Notes under the pieces: model-generated | What the model was told of the DNA's origin: nothing | What the model saw: only the letters and a program-made list of their open reading frames with translations | Databases searched by the model: none | Part shown: positions 19,553 to 30,728 of the stretch, one piece after another | How positions within the stretch are numbered: the first letter of the stretch is position 1 | Layout of the letters: each line of letters opens with the position of its first letter | Position numbers and translations under genes: made by a program | Source of the DNA: Minisyncoccota bacterium | Lineage (GTDB): Bacteria; Patescibacteriota; Minisyncoccia; Phycocordibacterales; Phycocordibacteraceae | Assembly (NCBI GenBank): GCA_022842945.1 | Contig: JALHOO010000001.1 | Span: 288,040 to 352,039 of the forward strand | Direction of reading: 5' to 3' | DNA: 64,000 bases

Positions 19553-20527
19553 TTAGCGTTTCTTTCCCGTTAGAGCAAGGTCTACTAGGTGGGAAAGGAA
19601 GTCCGGGAAGGATACCCCCACGGCAGCCAGGGACTTCGGCAATAGGCTCTCAGACGTCATGCCCGGGAGGGTATTGGTTTCTATGAAGTAGATACCTTTG
19701 GGGGTAACCATAAAGTCAGAGCGGGAATAGTGTCTGAGATTGAGTCCCTGGTGCATAACTCGCGCCATACGCATGAGCTCTTCAGACACCGAGCGGGAGA
19801 AGCGCCCCGGCACAATCTCCTTCGAGCTTCCTGAATATTTCGCATCATACGAGAAGAAGTCCCTCTCCGGGGGCACTATCTCTATAGGCGGAAGTGCATA
19901 GAGCTCTTCGTCCCGAAGACCCTCCACAACTCCAGCCGTAGCCTCGGTGCCCCGTATAAGCTCCTCCACAAGCACTCCTCCGCTTCCTGCTTCAAGAAGC
20001 GCGTCTATAGCGTCATGGACGGGTTTAAACCCTCCTACGATACTAATGCCCACAGACGATCCCCAACGAAGTGGCTTTACAATAACCGGCTGATGGAAGG
20101 AGCGCGTAATCTCCATAGCAACAGCCTCGGTGTCTGCACCCACTTCAACGAAGCGATACTTCGGCGTAAGAAGCCCCAGCTCCTTTGCACGTTCCTTGGT
20201 AAGCACTTTGTGCATAGCCAGGTACGAACCGAAGGGATCAGACCCGGTATACGGAACCCCGTACCGCTCGAGCACCTTCTGTACTTCCCCGTCTTCTCCG
20301 TATTCCCCATGAAGACCCACGACAACTGCGTCTAAGGAGGGCAACACACGGCCAGGGGACGTAGGACGGCCACGCTCGTGCCACACACCTTCTGTATCTA
20401 TGTAGATGTCACGCGTTGTATACCGGTCCTCTGGCAGGTTCGTGAGGATGGCATGCCCAGTCTTCAGAGACACTTCGTGCTCTTTGGAAGGACCTCCTCG
20501 CAATACGCCAACAACGGTGCCTCGCAT
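19553..20527 (-). CDS. ddl: D-alanine--D-alanine ligase
   Basis: N-terminus 'VGVLRGGPSKEHEVSLKTG' and an ATP-grasp C-terminus 'FIETNTLPGMT' are typical of Ddl. Confidence 0.9.
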   Translation of the reverse strand: MRGTVVGVLRGGPSKEHEVSLKTGHAILTNLPEDRYTTRDIYIDTEGVWHERGRPTSPGRVLPSLDAVVVGLHGEYGEDGEVQKVLERYGVPYTGSDPFGSYLAMHKVLTKERAKELGLLTPKYRFVEVGADTEAVAMEITRSFHQPVIVKPLRWGSSVGISIVGGFKPVHDAIDALLEAGSGGVLVEELIRGTEATAGVVEGLRDEELYALPPIEIVPPERDFFSYDAKYSGSSKEIVPGRFSRSVSEELMRMARVMHQGLNLRHYSRSDFMVTPKGIYFIETNTLPGMTSESLLPKSLAAVGVSFPDFLSHLVDLALTGKKR

Positions 20528-20563
20528 ATAGAGTGAGTATATCAGTACGAGTACACAAGGAAG

Positions 20564-21823
20564 CTACGTACTCTTGCGCATTGCTCGTGTGCGAGCCTTT
20601 CGATGATTTGAAAGAGAGAACCGATGCGCCTCTGCGTTAGCGAGCACCGCGTCAGCATCAGACACGCCCGCACGTAGTCCTCCGAGCACTTCACGTGGTC
20701 GGTGCTTTTCATCTTTCACAACCGCAACAACCGGCAATCCAATCCCTACTTCCTTCAACAGATCCTCTGCTGCCTTCTTATGCGTCTTCCCTCCGTCTAC
20801 AACGAATGCCTTCGGTAGCGGCCACTCTGAGTGCCCGAGCCTACGCGAAAGAATCTCCTTCAAAGAGGCGATGTCGTCGTTAAGGGACTTGCCTCCCGTG
20901 CCTTTAATCGTAAAGGTACGGTAATCCTTCTTAACAGCAGAGCCGTTCTCAATAACCGTCATAACACCTATCGCATTAGTGCCGCTCAAGTGCGCAGTGT
21001 CATAGGCCTCAATACGTGGACCCTGATCGTCACCACGATCTTCCTTGATAAGCGATACGTCCTGAATATGATCAAGCGCAAAGAGTTGGCGTCGTATTTG
21101 CGCAGCCTCTTCAAACTCCTCTTTCTTCGCAAACGCATGCATGTCACGCGTAAGTTGAGCGCGTAGCGCCTTAACCCTTCCGGAGAGGAACAACGATACG
21201 TTCCTAATGGAGCGCATGTACTCAGAACGTGCCATATCCTTCGGATAGAGACCCACCTGCCTATTGAACTCAACCTTGGCCTGTAGGTGCTTATTCCCGT
21301 CTCCTACGGGCTTCTGGGTGTCGTAGAAAGGGAAGATGCGGCGTATAAGCTTCAAACCTTCACGCAATTGGTATCCCGAAGGAAACGGTCCATGGATGCT
21401 TTTGAGTTTGAGTCCCGTGAGCAACACCTTCTTCCCCTTCATATCAAGCTCCGCACCACGTATCGCAAGCACACGAGGTATCTCTTCGTCTGTAACAACC
21501 GCATAGAGGAAGGTCTTGTCGTCCTTGCCCATGGAGTTAGCCGGTGGCAGGTGCTCGCGAATAAGTGCCGCCTCACGCACCAACGCCTCAAGTACGGTTG
21601 GTGTTGCCTCAAACATAACCCCGTCTGACTTCGTAACCATGTCCACAATACGCGGGCCACGAGTAGCAATAAGCTCTATATCAAAATAAGACCGTACCCG
21701 ATCGCGAAGCGAGGTTGCCTTTCCTACGTACAGAATCTTCTTAGACCGTCCCTTGCCTTCCGTAAACAAATACACCCCCGGACAATCCGGGAGTTCAAAC
21801 TTGGCGAGGTCTGCGCGTTCCAT
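20564..21823 (-). CDS. uvrC: Excinuclease ABC subunit C, short form (419 aa; GIY-YIG + UVR + endonuclease domain, no C-terminal HhH)
   Basis: 'PDCPGVYLFTEGKGRSKKILYVGKATSLRDRVRSYF' is GIY-YIG. 'EEFEEAAQIRRQLFAL' is a UVR motif. 'VVDGGKTHKKAAEDLL' resembles the UvrC endonuclease domain. Confidence 0.8.
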   Translation of the reverse strand: MERADLAKFELPDCPGVYLFTEGKGRSKKILYVGKATSLRDRVRSYFDIELIATRGPRIVDMVTKSDGVMFEATPTVLEALVREAALIREHLPPANSMGKDDKTFLYAVVTDEEIPRVLAIRGAELDMKGKKVLLTGLKLKSIHGPFPSGYQLREGLKLIRRIFPFYDTQKPVGDGNKHLQAKVEFNRQVGLYPKDMARSEYMRSIRNVSLFLSGRVKALRAQLTRDMHAFAKKEEFEEAAQIRRQLFALDHIQDVSLIKEDRGDDQGPRIEAYDTAHLSGTNAIGVMTVIENGSAVKKDYRTFTIKGTGGKSLNDDIASLKEILSRRLGHSEWPLPKAFVVDGGKTHKKAAEDLLKEVGIGLPVVAVVKDEKHRPREVLGGLRAGVSDADAVLANAEAHRFSLSNHRKARTRAMRKST

Positions 21824-21892
21824 AGATACATCCTACCGGCCCAACAGTGCTGCGTAAATGAAATGCGGGTCCAAACTCTTGGACCCGCTTTC

Positions 21893-22210
21893 TCAAGCAA
21901 CCACTAAATGCAGTTTTCTCAGCCGCTCCTTGTAATAGGAACAAATGTAGTAGGGAACCCTTGCACGCAAGGTCCAAGCTTCGAAATCGGCTGCCGCAAT
22001 CTTTACGAGCTCAGGATCGCTAACTGGCTTGCACCTGTATTTCGCAAGCGCGAACAGGAAGAGGTCTGCGTCAGACGCGTCCCTCTCCCAGCCAACGGCG
22101 CTCGCTTCTGCGAACAACGCTCGTACACCGTGAAGAAGGTTCTTGCGTTGCGACACGTCCTCCGCGATCTTCTGGCAGTCTAGGTTCTCAATGGATGCTA
22201 AATCCATCAT
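21893..22210 (-). CDS. Hypothetical protein (105 aa) between uvrA and uvrC
   Basis: ORF only. Confidence 0.35.
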   Translation of the reverse strand: MMDLASIENLDCQKIAEDVSQRKNLLHGVRALFAEASAVGWERDASDADLFLFALAKYRCKPVSDPELVKIAAADFEAWTLRARVPYYICSYYKERLRKLHLVVA

Positions 22211-22277
22211 GATGCTTCCCTCCCAAGGACAATGTATCTAAAGCCTAAGTGTAGCACGCGCATAAGCGCACTATCCC

Positions 22278-24944
22278 CTAAGACTTCTTAACCGGCTTCT
22301 GGTGCTTCTTAAGAAGCTTTGCGAGGTACGTTCCCGTGTGGGATCCGGCGGTTTCCGCAACCTCCTCAGGCGTTCCCTTCGCTACAATCTTTCCGCCTCC
22401 GGTGCCTCCTTCCGGACCAAAGTCTATGAGATAGTCTGCAGACTTAATAACGTCGAGGTTGTGCTCAATCACCACAACGGTGTTTCCGCGACGCACCAAC
22501 TCCTGCAGGATCTCAATAAGCTTGCGTACGTCTTCGTAATGAAGACCAACCGTAGGCTCATCGAGAAGATACAGCGTCTTCATCGTAATAGGACGGTACA
22601 GCTCAGACGCAATCTTCACGCGCTGTGCTTCTCCTCCAGACAAGGTCGTTGCACTCTGTCCCAGGGTTAAATACTGAAGGCCCGTAGAGTTAAGACTCTC
22701 AAGGCGGTCGTTAATAGCAGGGATATCCTTGAAGAACACCTCGGCCTCTTCAACCGTCATCTGAAGCACTTCGTAGATGTTCTTGCCGCGGTACGTAACC
22801 TCAAGCGTCTCCTTCATATAGCGTGTACCATTACACACGTCACAGGTTACATACACCGTTGGGAGGAAGTGCATCTCAACTGCAATAACCCCATTGCCCT
22901 GACACGCTTCGCAGCGTCCACCCGCAACATTGAATGAGAAGCGTCCTGGCTTCCACCCGCGCGCCCTCGCCTCGCTAGACGCAGAAAAGAGATCACGAAT
23001 ATGTGTAAACGCACCTGTATAGGTTGCAGGGTTTGAGCGCGGCGTGCGGCCAATAGCAGACTGGTCTATGAGCACTACGCGCCCCAAGTACTCGGTTCCC
23101 GTTATGCTTGCGCAGTGTTCAGGTTCGCTCTGTCGGCGTGAGAAACGTGCGGCAACATTCTTGTGCAGAATGTCGTAGAGGAACGTGGACTTCCCAGAGC
23201 CCGATACGCCCGTTATACAGACGAGCTTGCCCAAAGGAACCTCAACGTTCAGGTTCTTGATGTTGTGTAGCGTTGCACCCTTTATCTTAATAGAGCCCTT
23301 CTGACTGGTGCGGCGCTCTTCCGGAAGCTCTACGCGGGTTTCCTCACGCAGGTATGAGAGGGTAGTTGAACCGCTCTCGTTGGTTGGCGCGGTGAGTAAG
23401 TCGTCGAGCCATCCTTCTGCCACCACGTTTCCTCCATGGACTCCCGCTCCAGGTCCAATATCAAGAAGGTAGTCAGCGGCGTAGATAGTGTCCTCGTCAT
23501 GCTCAACCACGAGAATCGTATTCCCCAGCTTCTTAAGGGTAAGGAGGGTATTAATAAGGCGCTCGTTGTCCCTCTGATGCAGACCAATCGTCGGCTCATC
23601 AAGCACGTAGAGTGCTCCCACAAGACCGGTGCCAAGCTGAGACGCCAAGCGAATGCGCTGTGCTTCCCCACCTGAAAGCGTAGCCGCTGAGCGGTTAAGG
23701 GTGAGGTAGTCGAGTCCAACGTTCAACATGAAATCAAGACGTGCCGTAATCTCGCGAAGAATCGGGAACGCAATCTCAGACTTCATCTCAGAGAGCACGA
23801 GCGTATCCATGAAGTCTTTCGCTTCTTTAATCGACATGCCCACAAAGTCCACGATGTTTGTACCTACGTCCGTGAGTTCGTCTTCGTTCACGTTCATCTT
23901 CTTTTTAGTCGAAAGGTACACACGAAGCGCTTCAGGACGCAGACGCTTCCCTTCACACACCGGACACACCTCGTCCGAGAACAGAGACTTCGTACCAAGA
24001 CCGTTACAGTTTGGACACGCACCATACGGACTATTAAAGGAGAAGAGACGTGGCTCAACTTCTGGGAAGGACGTGCCGTCTATAGGGCAGATAAACTTAG
24101 CTGAGAGGGTCTCCATAGAGCCGTCTGCGTGCTTTATCTTAACGAGCCCGTCACTCTCCTTGAGAGCCAATTCTAGGGCTTCTGAGAGGCGCTCCTTAGC
24201 TGCGTCCGGACTCCTATCGAAGTCTGAGACGTAGATAGAATCCACAATTGCGTCGATGTCATGACGCTTATTGCGATCAAGTGTTACCTTCTCGCGAAGC
24301 GCGTGTGGCTTCCCGTCTATAAGCACCTTCTCGTATCCCTTTCCGAGAAGATCATAGAGGAGCTGGTAGTACTCACCTTTGCGACCAACCACCACCGGCG
24401 CATAGATAGTTATCGCCGTCTTATCAACCGCAACGCCCATAACCTCTTCCTTTGTGCGCGTATCGTTACGCTTCTTAATATTCTCCTGCACCATGCGGAT
24501 CATCTCCTCTTTTGAGAGCTTTTCGATAGGCACATCATGGTTGATGCAGTACGGCTGTCCTGCACGTGCGTAGAGCACGCGAAGGTAGTCATAAATCTCC
24601 GTAACCGTAGCAACCGTTGAGCGCGGGTTATTAGAACGAGACTTCTGGTCTATGGAAATAGCCGGCGCGAGTCCCGTTATCTCATCCACGTCAGGCTTCT
24701 GCATCTGGTTCAAGAACTGGCGGGCGTATGCAGACAAAGACTCTACATAGCGACGCTGTCCCTCAGCAAAGATAGTGTCGAAGGCGAACGAAGACTTTCC
24801 GGAGCCCGAGAGTCCCGTAACAACGGTCATGGCACCCCGAGGGAACTCGGTACTGATGTTCTTTAAGTTATGGGTACGCGCACCCTTCACGCGGATCCAG
24901 TCCTCGCCTATGTGTTGTTCGTGTTTCTTGGTGACCTTCTTCAT
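22278..24944 (-). CDS. uvrA: Excinuclease ABC subunit A
   Basis: 888 aa with two ABC modules, 'GLSGSGKSS' and 'GVSGSGKST' P-loops, and Zn-finger Cys clusters. Confidence 0.97.
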   Translation of the reverse strand: MKKVTKKHEQHIGEDWIRVKGARTHNLKNISTEFPRGAMTVVTGLSGSGKSSFAFDTIFAEGQRRYVESLSAYARQFLNQMQKPDVDEITGLAPAISIDQKSRSNNPRSTVATVTEIYDYLRVLYARAGQPYCINHDVPIEKLSKEEMIRMVQENIKKRNDTRTKEEVMGVAVDKTAITIYAPVVVGRKGEYYQLLYDLLGKGYEKVLIDGKPHALREKVTLDRNKRHDIDAIVDSIYVSDFDRSPDAAKERLSEALELALKESDGLVKIKHADGSMETLSAKFICPIDGTSFPEVEPRLFSFNSPYGACPNCNGLGTKSLFSDEVCPVCEGKRLRPEALRVYLSTKKKMNVNEDELTDVGTNIVDFVGMSIKEAKDFMDTLVLSEMKSEIAFPILREITARLDFMLNVGLDYLTLNRSAATLSGGEAQRIRLASQLGTGLVGALYVLDEPTIGLHQRDNERLINTLLTLKKLGNTILVVEHDEDTIYAADYLLDIGPGAGVHGGNVVAEGWLDDLLTAPTNESGSTTLSYLREETRVELPEERRTSQKGSIKIKGATLHNIKNLNVEVPLGKLVCITGVSGSGKSTFLYDILHKNVAARFSRRQSEPEHCASITGTEYLGRVVLIDQSAIGRTPRSNPATYTGAFTHIRDLFSASSEARARGWKPGRFSFNVAGGRCEACQGNGVIAVEMHFLPTVYVTCDVCNGTRYMKETLEVTYRGKNIYEVLQMTVEEAEVFFKDIPAINDRLESLNSTGLQYLTLGQSATTLSGGEAQRVKIASELYRPITMKTLYLLDEPTVGLHYEDVRKLIEILQELVRRGNTVVVIEHNLDVIKSADYLIDFGPEGGTGGGKIVAKGTPEEVAETAGSHTGTYLAKLLKKHQKPVKKS

Positions 24945-25073
24945 GTATAGAAATGCCCTGCCCGTGTCGGGGCAGGTACCCTAGGAATGTATCACATTAT
25001 GTACCTGAAGGCTTTGTGAGTAGCGTACACACGTTTTGTGTGCGAAGGTCTACACAGAGAGGAGACTATTCTT

Positions 25074-25274
25074 ATGTTCAATCTTCAGTACCTCCCCATC
25101 GTCCACTTCTTCTGGATCCGGCATCGTACCTGCTGGCGCAAAGTGAAGCATGCAAACCAAGCAACTGCTGCACGCATTGCAAAGCGCACCGGACCTAATC
25201 TGCACGAGTACAAGTGTCCGTACTGCAGGAAGTGGCATGTGGGGCACCTGAAAGCAAAAAGGCTTCGCCCGTAA
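25074..25274 (+). CDS. Small Cys-containing (zinc-ribbon-like CPYCxxxH) hypothetical protein
   Basis: An 'aggaga' RBS lies 8 nt upstream of the ATG at 25074. Motif 'YKCPYCRKWHVGH'. Confidence 0.4.
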   Translation: MFNLQYLPIVHFFWIRHRTCWRKVKHANQATAARIAKRTGPNLHEYKCPYCRKWHVGHLKAKRLRP

Positions 25275-25302
25275 ACAGGCGAAGCCTTTTACCTTTTTTC
25301 CC

Positions 25303-25683
25303 TTATGCTGCAGCGAGCATCCCTTCAATCTTCGCAACAATCTCCTCAACGGCAACTTCAGCCTTAATGAGGTAGTCGTTAGCACCAAGAGTCTTTGCCT
25401 TTTCAATATCAGCCTCTGCACCGAGGTTTGATACCACAATAATAGGGGTGGACTTGAGCTCGTCGGCTCGGCCACGGATAGAGGAAAGCACCGCAAAGCC
25501 GTCCATAGTTGGAAGCATAAGATCAAGAAGCACGAGCACCGGCTTGTTGGTCTCAAACAGCGCGAGTGCTTCGTTTCCGTCTGAGGCGTAGAGCGTCTGA
25601 TACTTGCCCGCTAGCGTGTGGCCAAGCAGGTTTTTAAGCACAGGGTCGTCTTCAACCACGAGGATGAATTTGGTGTCAGGCAT
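25303..25683 (-). CDS. Single-domain response regulator (CheY-like receiver)
   Basis: 'ILVVEDDPVL...LLDLMLPTMDG...' carries the conserved receiver Asp/Lys pattern. 126 aa. Confidence 0.8.
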   Translation of the reverse strand: MPDTKFILVVEDDPVLKNLLGHTLAGKYQTLYASDGNEALALFETNKPVLVLLDLMLPTMDGFAVLSSIRGRADELKSTPIIVVSNLGAEADIEKAKTLGANDYLIKAEVAVEEIVAKIEGMLAAA

Positions 25684-25699
25684 AAGAAAAGTATAGCAC

Positions 25700-26782
25700 C
25701 TAGCCCGCAAGCGGTAGAGAGAGGACAAACGTAGTCCCCAGCCCTGTACCATTGCTCTCAAAGGCTAGATCTCCCCCGTGGTCTGTGGCCACAGTGCGAG
25801 CGATATAGAGCCCAAGACCGTTCCCGCCGTTCTCTTTGGCTATAGCGTTTGGTGCCCTATAGAAGCGCTCAAAGATATTCCCCTTGTCTTCAGGCGCAAT
25901 ACCAATACCCGTGTCCTTCACACGCACGAGAGCACGCCCTGGAACTATTTCTACCGTCACTCGCACAGATCCTCCTGGTGGCGTATAGCGAATGGCGTTC
26001 TCGACAAGGTTGTTGAGCACCCACCGTATGCGCTCCCTATCAACCGTTACCCGTGCGCTTGCTTCTCCCGTCTTCTCAAAGAGCAAAGAGACCTGCATCT
26101 TTCCTGCGAGCTCCTGGAAGTCAGTGACGACACTCGTAACAATCTCGTCGAGCTGCGTCTTCTGCATAGTGTACTTGTACTTCCCTGACTCAATGCTTGA
26201 AATATCAAGGAGTGTTCCAACTACCGACACAAGCTGGTGGCTCTTCTCAACCGCGCTCGCAACCAGAGACTTCTGGCTCTCGGTTAACTGCTCCATCTGG
26301 AGCGCTTCTAGTGCCCAACGAATACCGGTAAGGGGAGTGCGGAGCTGGTGTGCAGCGGTTGAAATGAAGTCAGACTTCACGCGGGAAATCTCTGTATCGT
26401 GTTTGTGTACTTCGTCTACGCTCTCCGTGAACGTATCAAACGCTGCCGAAAGGGTACGCACCTCCTTTGGCGTCCAGCCCTGCATGGGCTCTGGCTTCAC
26501 CCCCGTCTCAGAGAACGTCTGCATACCCTTAGTTATGGTGTATATAGGGTGCGCTATAAACTTCCCCACCATAAAGAACAAGAGAGCGAGGAGTGCTGCG
26601 ACAAGTACGAACGAGACAATGGAGGTGGTAATAACCAAATCAACGAGTGCCTGGTTGTTCTCTATGCCAACCAAAAGCGGTGCCAGCTCGCTGTAAAGCA
26701 GAAAAGCAGTGAATGCAATACTTCCAAGAGAAACTGCAAACACTCCCGTAAGGAGGAACGCCATGAAAAGCCGTATGGTCAT
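25700..26782 (-). CDS. Sensor histidine kinase (2 TM + HisKA + HATPase_c)
   Basis: H-box 'ISTAAHQLRTPLTGI'; G-boxes 'GGNGLGLYIARTV...GTGLGTTFVLSLPL'. Confidence 0.85.
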   Translation of the reverse strand: MTIRLFMAFLLTGVFAVSLGSIAFTAFLLYSELAPLLVGIENNQALVDLVITTSIVSFVLVAALLALLFFMVGKFIAHPIYTITKGMQTFSETGVKPEPMQGWTPKEVRTLSAAFDTFTESVDEVHKHDTEISRVKSDFISTAAHQLRTPLTGIRWALEALQMEQLTESQKSLVASAVEKSHQLVSVVGTLLDISSIESGKYKYTMQKTQLDEIVTSVVTDFQELAGKMQVSLLFEKTGEASARVTVDRERIRWVLNNLVENAIRYTPPGGSVRVTVEIVPGRALVRVKDTGIGIAPEDKGNIFERFYRAPNAIAKENGGNGLGLYIARTVATDHGGDLAFESNGTGLGTTFVLSLPLAG

Positions 26783-26804
26783 ATCCGTATGCTAGCACGC
26801 ACCC

Positions 26805-28940
26805 CTAGCGTCCACGACGCTTTGCACTAGGCTTCTTTGCGGGACGCTTCTTCTCAGGAATATCCTTCCCTTCAAGCGCGTAGATCTCGTCACGCAGAAT
26901 TGCCGCAGTCTCGAAATCAAGCGCCTCTACCGCATCTGCCATCTGCTGGCGCTTTGCTTTCATAAAGGCTTCAGGGTCTTCCTTATACAGCGCACCATCG
27001 AGCTGCAGAAGTCCGGACACCGTCTTCTGATGCTCTGAACGCATAGACTCCGCAATGTCGCGTATCTCTTTCTTAATAGTGAGAGGAGTGATGCCATGCT
27101 TCTCGTTGTAGACAAGCTGAATCTTCCTTCGGCGCTCAGTCTCTCCAATGGCGCGCTCCATAGAGCCCGTCATTACGTCGGCATAGAGAATAACCGTGCC
27201 CAGTACGTTGCGTGCTGCGCGTCCAATAGTCTGGATGAGCGAGGTCTCAGAGCGAAGGAATCCTTCCTTGTCTGCGTCAAGAATACCCACAAGCTCAACC
27301 TCAGGCAGGTCGAGTCCCTCGCGAAGCAAGTTCACACCCACAAGCACATCGAACGTTCCCCTACGGAATGCCGTAAGGATATCGATGCGGTCTATGGTCT
27401 TCACGTCTGAGTGGAGGTACTCGGCCTTCATGCCACGCTCTCTGAGGAACTCAGCAAGGTCCTCTGCCATCTGCTTGGTGAGGGTGGTGGCAAGCGCGCG
27501 TCCTCCGCGCTTAATAACGATCTCTGATTCCCGTATGAAATCAGCTACCTGCCCCTTATAGTCTCCACTCTCAACAATGGGCTTAATCGTAAGCTCCGGA
27601 TCAATAAGTCCTGTGGGACGAATAATCTGCTCTGCAACTTGCCCGTGAGGCGCCACACTGTGCTCTATCTCGTATTTTCCAGGAGTAGCTGAGGTGTAAA
27701 TAGTCTGGCCGATGCGCTCTTCAAACTCGTCGAACTTCAAGGGACGGTTGTCTCTGGCGGACGGCAGACGGAATCCGTGCTCAACGAGCACGTCTTTGCG
27801 TGAACGGTCTCCCGCATACATACCCCCAACCTGCGTAACGGTTACGTGAGACTCGTCGATAACCGTAAGGAAGTCAGGCTTTCCTTCTTTGGTGTGCGGG
27901 AAGTAGGAAAGCAGGGTGTGTGCCGCCTCTCCAGGCTCTCGTCCATCAAAGTGGCGGGAGTAGTTCTCAATACCTGAGGTGTAGCCAATCTCTCGTATAA
28001 GGGCGAGATCGTGCTGAGTCCTGCGCTTCAAGCGCTCATACTCAAGTACCTTCTCTTCGCGCTTAAAGACTGCAAGCTGTTCCTCGAGCTCATTCTTGAT
28101 GCTTTCAATTGCACGAGCCCTTCCTTCCTCGTCTGTTACGAAGTGTTTGGCAGGGAAGACGAATAGGGAATCAGGTGTAGCAGTTAACGCACGAGACACC
28201 GGGTCAAGGCATTCAATTCTAGATACCTCATTTCCATCAAAGAGAATGCGGTACACCACACGTTCGTTGGTTGGCATGAGCTCTATAGCGTTCCCAACAG
28301 CCCTAATCTTTCCGGGTTCAAGGTCTGCGTTAGTGCGCTCGAAGTAAATACCAATGAGTTTGCGGATAAGTGCCGCACGATTCTCTTCCCCGCCAACCAA
28401 AAGCTTTACGTGACGCTTCTCATAGTTCTCAGGCGAACCGAGTCCGTAAATAGCTGATACCGACGCTACGATAATCACATCCTTGCGCGTGAGGAGTGCC
28501 TGGGTAGCAGCATGACGCAGGCGATCTATCTCTGCGTTAATCTGAGCCTCCTTTTCAATGTAGGTGTCTGAGTGCGCGATATAGGCCTCCGGCTGGTAGT
28601 AGTCGTAGTAGGAGACGAAGTAGTGCACAGCGTTCTCTGGAAAGAACTCCCTGTACTCCTGCGCGAGTTGAGCAGCGAGGGTCTTGTTGTGCGCCATAAC
28701 AAGCGTTGGCTTCCCTACATTCTGAATAACGTTGGCGATGGTGTACGTCTTGCCGGAACCTGTAACACCAAGCAGGGTCTGGTGTCGCATACCCTTCTGT
28801 ATGCCTTCGGTAAGCTTTTCTATAGCCTTCGGCTGGTCGCCAGCGGGCGGGAAGGGAGAATGCATCTTGAACGTTGCCATAATGGTGTTCAGTGTACCTG
28901 TGGTGGATGAATTAATGAAGAAGGAGTGGTTGTTTGCCAA
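26805..28940 (-). CDS. uvrB: Excinuclease ABC subunit B
   Basis: 'GVTGSGKTYT', a helicase core and the C-terminal UVR 'AAILRDEIYAL'. 711 aa. Confidence 0.97.
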   Translation of the reverse strand: MANNHSFFINSSTTGTLNTIMATFKMHSPFPPAGDQPKAIEKLTEGIQKGMRHQTLLGVTGSGKTYTIANVIQNVGKPTLVMAHNKTLAAQLAQEYREFFPENAVHYFVSYYDYYQPEAYIAHSDTYIEKEAQINAEIDRLRHAATQALLTRKDVIIVASVSAIYGLGSPENYEKRHVKLLVGGEENRAALIRKLIGIYFERTNADLEPGKIRAVGNAIELMPTNERVVYRILFDGNEVSRIECLDPVSRALTATPDSLFVFPAKHFVTDEEGRARAIESIKNELEEQLAVFKREEKVLEYERLKRRTQHDLALIREIGYTSGIENYSRHFDGREPGEAAHTLLSYFPHTKEGKPDFLTVIDESHVTVTQVGGMYAGDRSRKDVLVEHGFRLPSARDNRPLKFDEFEERIGQTIYTSATPGKYEIEHSVAPHGQVAEQIIRPTGLIDPELTIKPIVESGDYKGQVADFIRESEIVIKRGGRALATTLTKQMAEDLAEFLRERGMKAEYLHSDVKTIDRIDILTAFRRGTFDVLVGVNLLREGLDLPEVELVGILDADKEGFLRSETSLIQTIGRAARNVLGTVILYADVMTGSMERAIGETERRRKIQLVYNEKHGITPLTIKKEIRDIAESMRSEHQKTVSGLLQLDGALYKEDPEAFMKAKRQQMADAVEALDFETAAILRDEIYALEGKDIPEKKRPAKKPSAKRRGR

Positions 28941-28992
28941 ATAGCGTAGAGGACCGTAAGGTTCTTCCTAGACCCTTTGGAGGAGAGACGGG

Positions 28993-29298
28993 ATGTCTGA
29001 ACTGAGCGAAACGTTCAAGGCTTTGATGGCAAAGCACAAGGAGAATCTCAAAAGGTGGCCGAGTATCGGCTTCATCGTTAACGCGCTTTCAGATGATCGC
29101 ACAGTACGAGGATTTGGAGACGATTCAATAGTCTCCGTGTTTCCTCAGGTTTCCGATCTTGTCGACAAGTTCCTTTCTGAAGACGTCGAGGATTCGCAGG
29201 AAGGACTTGCGGTCATCGAGAAGTTTGCGGTGTTGTTCGTTCCCATGCTTCAAGAAGTGATGCAGAAGGCCGGGACCTCTTCCTTGCGAGCCGTGTGA
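28993..29298 (+). CDS. Hypothetical protein (101 aa)
   Basis: A GGAGG RBS lies about 10 nt upstream of the ATG. Confidence 0.45.
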   Translation: MSELSETFKALMAKHKENLKRWPSIGFIVNALSDDRTVRGFGDDSIVSVFPQVSDLVDKFLSEDVEDSQEGLAVIEKFAVLFVPMLQEVMQKAGTSSLRAV

Positions 29299-29336
29299 CG
29301 CATAAAAGGCCGGGGTGTACAGCACCCCGGCTTTTT

Positions 29337-30551
29337 CTATTGGTAATACGCTTTGTTGAACGTATCCTTGTACTCCTCAAACCTATCCTCAAGCAGAGCC
29401 TCCCGCGCTCCATCAACCAGCTGCAAAATAAACCCGAGGTTATGCATAGACGCTATAACCTGTCCGAGAATCTCGTTCGCGCGAATAAGATGCGAAAGGT
29501 ATGCGCGTGAGAACTTCTCGGTGCCTGGCACCATAGTCTCTGGATCAAGCGGACCGAAGTCGCTTAAGTACTGCTCCTTCTTCATATGAATAGGGCCTCT
29601 CTTTGTGTAGATAGTGCCGTGTCTGCCGAGCCGTGTGGCCGCAACGCAATCAAAGGTGTCCATACCCTCCTGAATACCGAGAAGAAGATCCCCTGGTTCC
29701 CCAATACCAAGGAAGTGCCGCGGTTTCTCTTCTGGAAGATGTTTAACGGCCGCCTGGAGCGCACCCATCATGTCTTCCTTGCTGAAGGACCCGCCAATAC
29801 CAAAGCCGTCGAAGTCCATTGAAGCAATCTCCTTCGCACTCTCCTCACGCAAGTCTTCAAAGCGACCTCCTTGGATAATGCCAAATATGCCCTGCTTCCT
29901 GTTCGCTTCGATATTCTGCCGATGCGCCTTTAGTGAGCGTTCTGCCCACTTGTGCGTGCGGTTCATAGCTTCCCTTTGATACTCGTACGGCTCCGTTGGC
30001 GACGTACACTCGTCAAAGGCGAAGAACATATCAGCGCCGAGCGCGTGCTGAATTTCTATGGAGCGCTCAGGGGTAAAGCGGTGGAGAGAGCCGTCATGGT
30101 GTGAGGTGAAGGTAACGCCTTCTTCGTCTATAACCGCAAGCTGTCCGTGCTGCGTCTGTACATCCTCGTCGAAGACCGCTACGCCCTGATCGCGCTCGTT
30201 CTCCTCGCCTTTCGCGATCTTCGTTATGGTCCTGCCGAATGCAGCTCCCAAAGAGAACACCTGGAATCCTCCTGAGTCCGTCATGGTAGGTCCTTCGAAC
30301 CCCATAAAGGTACCGAGACCTCCCGCGTTCTTCACAACCTGCTCTCCAGGCTGAAGGTAGAGATGATACGTATTAGCGAGCACCGCCTGCGCACCAATAC
30401 TCTTTAGCTGTTCAGGGAGTATGCCTTTCACCCCAGCCTTGGTACCAACGGGAATAAAGGCAGGAGTCTGAATGTCTCCGTTTGGAGTATGGATAACACC
30501 CGCACGAGCATTCCCGTGTTTCTTAAGTGTATTGAATGTTATCGGTCTCAT
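29337..30551 (-). CDS. tgt: Queuine tRNA-ribosyltransferase
   Basis: 'TPAFIPVGTKAGVKG...DSGGFQVFSL' and a C-terminal Zn-binding region. 404 aa. Confidence 0.9.
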   Translation of the reverse strand: MRPITFNTLKKHGNARAGVIHTPNGDIQTPAFIPVGTKAGVKGILPEQLKSIGAQAVLANTYHLYLQPGEQVVKNAGGLGTFMGFEGPTMTDSGGFQVFSLGAAFGRTITKIAKGEENERDQGVAVFDEDVQTQHGQLAVIDEEGVTFTSHHDGSLHRFTPERSIEIQHALGADMFFAFDECTSPTEPYEYQREAMNRTHKWAERSLKAHRQNIEANRKQGIFGIIQGGRFEDLREESAKEIASMDFDGFGIGGSFSKEDMMGALQAAVKHLPEEKPRHFLGIGEPGDLLLGIQEGMDTFDCVAATRLGRHGTIYTKRGPIHMKKEQYLSDFGPLDPETMVPGTEKFSRAYLSHLIRANEILGQVIASMHNLGFILQLVDGAREALLEDRFEEYKDTFNKAYYQ

Positions 30552-30607
30552 TACCCCACCCTAGCCGTACCTGGGCCATAGAGCAAGCAACTACGGCGTA
30601 TACAGCT

Positions 30608-30636
30608 ATTGACAAATATGTGTTGTGTGCCTATAA
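30608..30636 (+). promoter_or_regulatory. Consensus sigma70-type promoter (TTGACA-17 nt-TATAAT) upstream of the GC-rich lipoprotein gene
   Basis: Sequence 'TTGACAaatatgtgttgtgtgccTATAAT' gives exact hexamers and the optimal 17-nt spacer. A ~90-nt leader is followed by a GAGGA RBS and the ATG at 30729. Confidence 0.55.
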
Positions 30637-30728
30637 TAGGACCAGAAAGTCCTTTTCATCGCAATAGTGTTGAAGCGGACTAAACGTCGGCATTCGCCGT
30701 CGTTCACACCAGCGTGAGGAATCACACC

